Positions 56,285 to 64,000 of a DNA stretch of 64,000 nucleotides are shown here, piece by piece (the first letter of the stretch is position 1; each line of letters starts with the position of its first letter). Under the pieces are notes generated by a model, which worked only from the letters and a program-made list of their open reading frames with translations, was not told the DNA's origin and ran no database searches. This DNA comes from Octopus vulgaris (Eukaryota), in the NCBI GenBank assembly GCA_951406725.2, contig OX597834.1, forward strand, positions 1,054,001 to 1,118,000, given 5' to 3'. A program made the translations under genes and the position numbers.

Positions 56285-57029
56285 GTATGTATGTATGTAT
56301 GTATGTATGTATGTATGTATGTATGTATGTATGTATGTATGTATGTATGTATGTATGTATGTATGTATGTATGTATGTATGTATGTTTGTATGTATGTAT
56401 ATATGTATGTATGTGTGTATGTATGTTTGTATGTATGTATGTATGTATGTATGTGTGTATGTATGTTTGTATGTATGTATGTATGTATGTATGTATGTAT
56501 GTATGTATGTATGTATGTATGTATGTATGTATGTATGTATGTATGTATGTATGTTTGTATGTATGTATATATGTATGTATGTGTGTATGTATGTTTGTAT
56601 GTATGTATGTATGTTTGTATGTATGTTTGTATGTATGTATGTATGTGTGTATGTGTGTATGTATGTATGTATGTATGTATGTATGTATGTATATGTGTAT
56701 GTATGTTTGTATGTATGTATGTATGTATGTATGTATGTGTGTATGTATGTGTGTATGTATGTATGTATGCATGTATGTTTGTATGTATGTGTGTATGTAT
56801 GTATGTATGTATATATGTATGTATGTGTGTATGTATGTTTGTATGTATGTATGTGTGTATGTATGTGTGTATGTATGTTTGTATGTATGTATGTATGTAT
56901 GTATGTATGTGTGTATGTATGTATGTATGTATGTATGTATGTATGTATTTATGTATGTATGTATATGTGTATGTATGTATGTATGTATGTATGTATGTAT
57001 GTGTGTATGTATGTATGTGTGTGTGTATG

Positions 57030-57063
<34 letters not shown>

Positions 57064-57214
57064 TGTATGTGTGTATGTAAGCATGTATGTATGTATATAT
57101 GTATGTATGTATGTATGTGTGTATGTATGTATGTATATGTGTATGTATGTATGTATGTATGTATGTATATATGTATGTATGTATGTATGTGTGTATGTAA
57201 TGTATGTATGTATG

Positions 57215-57248
<34 letters not shown>

Positions 57249-57406
57249 TGTATGTATGTATGTATGTATGTATGTATGTATGTATGTATGTATGTATGTA
57301 TGTATGTATGTATGTATGTATGTATGTATGTATGTATGTATGTATGTATGTATGTATGTATATATGTATGTATGTATGTATGTGTGTATGTAAGCATGTA
57401 TGTATG

Positions 57407-57440
<34 letters not shown>

Positions 57441-57526
57441 TGTATGTATGTATATGTGTATGTATGTATGTATGTATGTATGTATATATGTATGTATGTA
57501 TGTGTGTATGTAAGCATGTATGTATG

Positions 57527-57560
<34 letters not shown>

Positions 57561-57835
57561 TGTGTGTATGTAAGCATGTATGTATGTATATATGTATGTA
57601 TGTAAGTATGTGTGTATGTATGTATGTATGTATATGTGTATGTATGTATGTATGTATGTATGTATGTATGTATGTATGTATGTATGTATGTGTGTATGTA
57701 AGCATGTATGTATGTATATATGTATGTATGTATGTGTGTATGTATGTTTGTATGTATGTATGTATGTATGTATGTGTGTATGTATGTATGTATGTATGTA
57801 TGTATGCATGTATGTGTGTATGTATGTAAGCATGA
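56285..57835. repeat. About 1.55 kb (ATGT)n array with higher-order variants
   Basis: ATGT units interrupted by TTGT/GTGT in the left half and by recurring GTGTGTATGTAAGCATGT in the right half. Confidence 0.95.
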
Positions 57836-58341
57836 ATGTGTGTGCATGCATGTGTGGGTGTGTGTGTGGGTTGTTTAAATTCCAAATTAGAACAGAGTGA
57901 GCTCAGTGTTAGTCAGTGTGTAGAAAATTCGCATTTATTGTTAAAATATAAATTTTGTTTGCTGTTTAGGGATCTTTCGGAAAACGTCCTTCTTCGAGCA
58001 GCGGGGAAAACGGACCAAGATAAAACTTCTTCAAACTCTGAGCGAGACAAACTACATAAGCAATGCATAATAATGGATCGGTGCGAAACGGTATCGGTCC
58101 AATTTTGTGAGGAGGAAATGATTTGAATTTGGGAGAGAGTGAGTTCTGATGTGGATAGAGAATGATTACAAGAAGCAGGGAAGAAGATTATTCCAGGAAC
58201 AATCAGGAATATTTTTGGTAAATTTCAAATATGGATGGAGGAGGAATTTTATTGGCTTGATTGGAAATTGCTTGACAGCTGATCAGAAATATTATTGGTA
58301 TTAATTTCAAACGCACATACGCACACGCACGCGCACGTGCA

Positions 58342-58397
<56 letters not shown>

Positions 58398-58524
58398 GCT
58401 CACGCAAAAGCAGAATATAAAATCAGAGTTTATTCTTAGTCTTACAAAACAAACTTATTTCGGGCGGCACAATCACACAAACACTGTAAATTAGGTCGTT
58501 TCTCCACAGGAAATTATCTTCTAT

Positions 58525-58770
58525 CGTTTCCTTGTTTTAGTCATTGAACTACGGTCATGCTGGGGCACAGACTTGAAGTGTTTAGTCGAATAAGTTGACC
58601 CCAATACTTATTCCATTGTTCACTTATTACCGCTAAATCACGCGGTATGGTCAGACGGTATCTGTAGCAGAAGATACTTGTCCAAGGTGCCACGCAGTGG
58701 CATTCAACACGAAAAGAAACCACTTAGCCACAAATCGAACTCCGTATCCACACAATCACGCCGATGCCTG
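58525..58770 (-). mobile_element. Degenerate SINE (22809 family)
   Basis: GTCCAAGGTGCCACGCAGTGG and GTCGAATAAGTTGACCCCAATACTTATT. Confidence 0.6.
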
Positions 58771-58884
58771 GTGTTCATGATTTTACGATGAGTCGAGGCT
58801 ACGAAATGGCTCTAACAATAATGGTTTCTAATTCTGTCCATCATAAAAAGGCAATATGCATCACCCTCCCTCAGAGTAAGCCTA

Positions 58885-59125
58885 CGTGGAGGTGCGTGGC
58901 TTAGCGGTTAAGGGGTGAGGGACTCGTGATCGTAAGATTGTGGTTTCGATTCCTGGACCGCGTGACGCATTGTGTTCTTGAGCAAAACCCTTTATTTCAC
59001 ATTGCTCCAGCTGGCAGAAATGCGTTATCCTGCGACGAATCAGCATTCCATCCAAGTGGAGAATATATATACACCATGGAAAACGGGAAACCGGTCCTTT
59101 ATGAGTCGGTATTACTCGAAAAGCT
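58885..59125 (+). mobile_element. tRNA-derived SINE (third type)
   Basis: GGAGGTGCGTGGCTTAGCGGTTAAGG (A box), GGTTTCGATTCC (B box), TGTTCTTGAGCAAAA core. Confidence 0.8.
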
Positions 59126-59603
59126 AACGTTACCTTTTTACTTTTTTTTATAGGAAGTCTACCGTTCATAAATACACAAGCAAAAACAAAGATACAAACA
59201 CTTATGTCCTTATTTACCTCTGCTGCTTAAATACATGCTACAAGCGTTGAAATATTTCCCTTAGCTCATTTCCATACAATTTTGGCAAATTACCTGGACC
59301 ACAAATGTATTCTACACATTTTTGCTTTAGTCTGTTGAAAATAATATAAAGAATCGTGATACTTATGACGACGGTCGTTGAGGCAGAAACGTATACTTAG
59401 TAGTCCTCTTGCCTTCAGACAAAATGATTTCCTTTTCTTTAATATGACGTTGATTTCGGAGAATTCTTTCTTTTTAAGATTATTCCTAATTTTGATCTGG
59501 AACCATTTACCTCTAAGCGGTTGATCGACCCTCACTTAATGCCGAGCTAATTTCTATATACGAAGAATTTATGCTTCATCTTATGTAATCTAATCTTATA
59601 CGT

Positions 59604-59677
<74 letters not shown>

Positions 59678-59743
59678 ATAATTTGAGGTAATATTATTCC
59701 TAACTTACAGGGAAAAATTCAATTTAGAAATACTAAATCAAAT

Positions 59744-59796
<53 letters not shown>

Positions 59797-59820
59797 ATGT
59801 GTGTGTGTGCGTGTGTGTAT

Positions 59821-60028
59821 AGAGTGTTTGAAATAGTTAGAGATATTGTATATTGCGAAAAAGGAGACAGTCAGAATTTTGGATAATCTTTTATTGGTGC
59901 TTTCGTTCGTTTATGAACTTCTCAAGACAAAATCAAAATGGACCATTTTGATTTTGTCTTGAGAAGTTCATAAACAAACGAAAGCACTAATAAAAGATTA
60001 TCCAAAATTCTGTCTCCTTTTTCTCAAC
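59821..60028 (-). mobile_element. Fold-back element with U3-A8 hammerhead variant
   Basis: Arms 59853-59941 and 59943-60027, 1-nt loop, tail on the left; arm consensus TTTTGTC TTGAGAA GTTC ataaac GAAC GAAA GCAC TA ATAAAA. Confidence 0.8.
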
Positions 60029-60030
60029 AG

Positions 60031-60106
<76 letters not shown>

Positions 60107-60142
60107 ACACAAAACACACACACACATACACACAAACACACG

Positions 60143-60176
<34 letters not shown>

Positions 60177-60188
60177 CACACACACACG

Positions 60189-60218
<30 letters not shown>

Positions 60219-60222
<4 letters not shown>

Positions 60223-60298
60223 TTTTATAGAAGGAGCTTCTTCAGGACTAGAATAAATTACTTATTTACTGTGGTTAACCCCGACTCAACCCGGGACC

Positions 60299-60338
<40 letters not shown>

Positions 60339-60470
60339 AAGGAGCTTCTACAGGACTAGAACTGTTTCATTCAAAAGAAATCATCAACCTTCTATAAAAT
60401 AAATTAATTTACTCTGCTATGTATTGAGTACCTTATTTACTGTGGTTAACCCCGACTCAACCCGGGACCT

Positions 60471-60472
<2 letters not shown>
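60219..60472 (+). mobile_element. Two tandem copies of a short tail element separated by (TA)n
   Basis: Both end TACTGTGGTTAACCCCGACTCAACCCGGGACCTACA. The second has short inverted arms (TTATAGAAGG/CCTTCTATAA) around a minus-strand TTGATGA..GAAACAG remnant. Confidence 0.7.
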
Positions 60473-60550
<78 letters not shown>

Positions 60551-60553
<3 letters not shown>

Positions 60554-60856
60554 CGTTGTAGTTCGCTTGATGCAGTGTAATATCGAAGAATGTAGAAAGA
60601 TAGAAGATAGAGAGCTTCTGACAATGCGGAAAGTTTAATAAAACCTTTATATTTCAGGCGCAAACGCCCATCTTCAGTAAAATGTCCAGTTATGTAAGAT
60701 CTGTTAATTCATTCAAAAATCCTACGAATCCTACATAACTGGAATTTTTTTAGACAGTTCTTTTCTTTTGAAGATGGGACTTTGCGCCGGAAACATAAAA
60801 GTCTTATTAAACTTCCCACTTTGGCAAAAGCTTTCTATTTTCTCTCTTTCTATATT

Positions 60857-60859
<3 letters not shown>
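60551..60859 (-). mobile_element. Degenerate fold-back element with hammerhead-like motif in (TA)n
   Basis: Arms at about 60587-60700 and 60728-60858; minus CTGAAGA T GGGCG tttg CGCCT GAAA; tail 60551-60586. Confidence 0.7.
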
Positions 60860-60906
<47 letters not shown>

Positions 60907-61153
60907 TATATATATATCATGTAAGTACATTCATACATGAATGTATGCACGTGCAAAAATCTCCATACTTGCATTATATTGCAAATGTAAATGGCTATCC
61001 ATCTTTACATGTACATATACTTGTGAGGAATTTGTATGTGTGTGTATGTGCGTATGAGCGCGGCCTCTGTAATCCTGTTGGCATAATGTTATGTGTATTT
61101 TGGGATTTTAGCGTACTTTCATGTAAATCTTAATGATAAATCTCATGTAAATT

Positions 61154-61250
<97 letters not shown>

Positions 61251-61339
61251 AATATATATATAAATGCATGTATATATGCATGTATAAATATTTACATATA
61301 TATATATGCATGTGTAAATATTTATATGTATATATATGC

Positions 61340-61405
<66 letters not shown>

Positions 61406-61618
61406 ATGTACACGCAAGCGCATATAGATTTCCATACATTATAACTTTAGTGTTGATGATTCATTCCGATGTTAGTCGAGTTTCTCATTTCCACGTTGCT
61501 TGCTCAACCGCATTTAGCGGAAAACTACGAGTAGCTGCCCACCACCACCACCACGCACTCTGACACATCTACGCATATGTATATATGTACATAACAACAT
61601 GCACACAAACATCTTAAT

Positions 61619-61675
<57 letters not shown>

Positions 61676-61850
61676 TGTGTGTGTGTGCATATACTATCGA
61701 TTTATCCCCCGTTTTAACATATGCAAGTATGAGAATGTGATCAATGATGCAAATATACTTTAAGTATTCTTCTTCGTAACTATCAATATATGTTGGAATT
61801 ATGGACACGTCTTGGGTTGAAGTGGCCAGCCATAATAATAACAATGAACT

Positions 61851-61889
<39 letters not shown>

Positions 61890-62096
61890 TTGTTTTCTTG
61901 TTGTAAGTAGATGAACATCTGTCCAATTCGGTGATTAGCTTTCCAGGTGTTCGATCAACTAGATGGCCTATTCATTACATTCAATTAACAATAAGTGGCT
62001 GAGTATACCGTGGACATTTGTATATTATTATTGTGTAGTCCTCTTGCACTCTTTCTCTCTCCCTTCTTTCTTCTTGTATTTCTCTCTCTCCCTCTA

Positions 62097-62166
<70 letters not shown>

Positions 62167-62454
62167 TTATATTTATATTTATGTGTGTGTATGTGTGTGT
62201 GTGCGTGTGCGTGTATATCAGTCGTATTATGTTAAACTGTCGTATGTCCAAATATGGTCAAGTGCCTTTTTTTTTGTTTCAATATTTATTTCTGCTTGCA
62301 ATAGCCGGTTCTTTGGTCAAGCTGTCGTATCTCCAGCTGCTTCAGACACCAAGATACCAAATATTGTCAAAGTATAATGCAATGGCTTTGCTATGCGATT
62401 GTTTTCTGAAAATGCAACGTTTTGGACTTACGACACTTTTGCATAAAGCAATGG

Positions 62455-62694
<240 letters not shown>

Positions 62695-63205
62695 AAAGTT
62701 TAATAATGAGTGTAGAAATATCAATTTATTTTTAAAATCCCCAGATTAAGAAACTTTTATTACATCGATATAAATTCATGATTCTATACTTAAATCTTAA
62801 TTTTACTGATATGGCCACGAGTAAAATCATGTTTAATGATTATGTTCTCAGTTGATACGCATGTGTAATTTGGAGTTCTCTGGTCATTATATTTACTCCG
62901 GTACTATTCTAACAATAATCACACTGCTGAGATGCGCGATTATATATGATGTATACGTGGGAAATGTATGTATATATTGGTATCTGTACGCAAGTATTTA
63001 TCGGTATGTATATATATTTTTCACATCTTAACATACAGAGTTATCCGAAATTTTACAAATCTTCTTGTCCATTTCCTAGCATTCAGCTTTGTGCAAAAAG
63101 GGAGAACAAATTTAGAGTGGCTTGTAGACATTCGACATCTACTTGTAGAGTATTAGCGTTAACCCTACAGCGCCGTTAATTATAATTATAAATTCATTAT
63201 CATAT

Positions 63206-63276
<71 letters not shown>

Positions 63277-63277
<1 letters not shown>

Positions 63278-64000
63278 CAATTTAATTAGGTGTTAAATAA
63301 CTACCTGAGGGATATTAGATATCCGAAGAATTTACTCGGATCTTTTTACCTATATTAATAACAATGTTATGAACTATCGCGCTTAAGAAATAGGTAAATA
63401 AATGATATAAATTTATCAATATATAAATATATATTAGAAATGGAAACCAAATTAATAAATTGAACAATTAATTAATTTAATAATTAAATGATAAATTAAA
63501 TTTTATTTTATACAAATGACACATCTCATAAATTACAGCTGTTTCCACACAATTAATAAAAAAATGTCTTTCAGGAATAATAAAATGTCGTTAAAATATA
63601 ATGAAGTTTCATCAGATAGACATATCTTTTTAAATATCTCACGAAAAAAATCCGGAGAGGGTGGTGTCCTCCAGTTTGAATTTACTAAAAGTTTCGCATT
63701 TGGAAGTACGTAGTGTAGTTGATTTTTTTCGTGAGATATTTAAGAAGATATGTCTATCTGATGAAACCTCATTATATTTAAACGATATTTTATTATTCTT
63801 GAAAAACTTGTTTTTATTAATGGTGTTGAAATATCCGTAATTTATGAAATGTGTCATTTGTTTGTATAAATAATAAAATTGAATTGAATTTATCATTTAT
63901 TGGTTAAATTATTTAATTGTTCAATTTATTATTTTGGTTACCATTTCTAATTTATATTTATATATTTATAAACTGTATGTATGTATTATTTATTTACCTA
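63277..64000 (-). mobile_element. Long degenerate fold-back element next to (TA)n
   Basis: Arms 63391-63651 and 63721-64000, about 70-nt spacer, tail 63277-63390; minus CTGAAAG...GAAACAGCTGTA at about 63535-63575. Confidence 0.75.

Noticed and set aside
56208-57900. Long ORFs of 290-537 aa (MYVC/HTYI repeats)
   Set aside because: Translations of the (ATGT)n array; no coding complexity.
58885-58960. tRNA-like sequence
   Set aside because: A/B boxes continue into a SINE body; no clean cloverleaf. The same applies to 9049, 22809 and 25655.

Overview
This is AT-rich, extremely microsatellite-dense eukaryotic DNA. Its SINE families and repeat landscape look like an octopus or other coleoid cephalopod genome (inference). 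I recognise no host protein-coding gene; almost all ORFs in the track are translations of (TA)n, (CA)n, (ATGT)n or triplet repeats. Recognisable content is transposon debris: three tRNA-headed SINE types, mariner and Tc1/maT fragments, CR1, Tx1/L1, RTE and R4/Dong-like LINE 3' ends, and a decayed Penelope-like ORF. The main signal is a dense, sequence-diverse set of short non-coding elements sitting in (TA)n tracts. They carry minimal type-I hammerhead ribozyme motifs (CUGANGA...GAAA, palindromic stem III, GUH). Many are fold-back hairpins with a one-sided unpaired tail, the architecture of Penelope-like pseudo-LTRs. Several show non-canonical core variants (U3-A8, U4C, A6U, A9C). Coordinates were read by eye and may be off by a few bases. 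No folding, alignment or database search was run.
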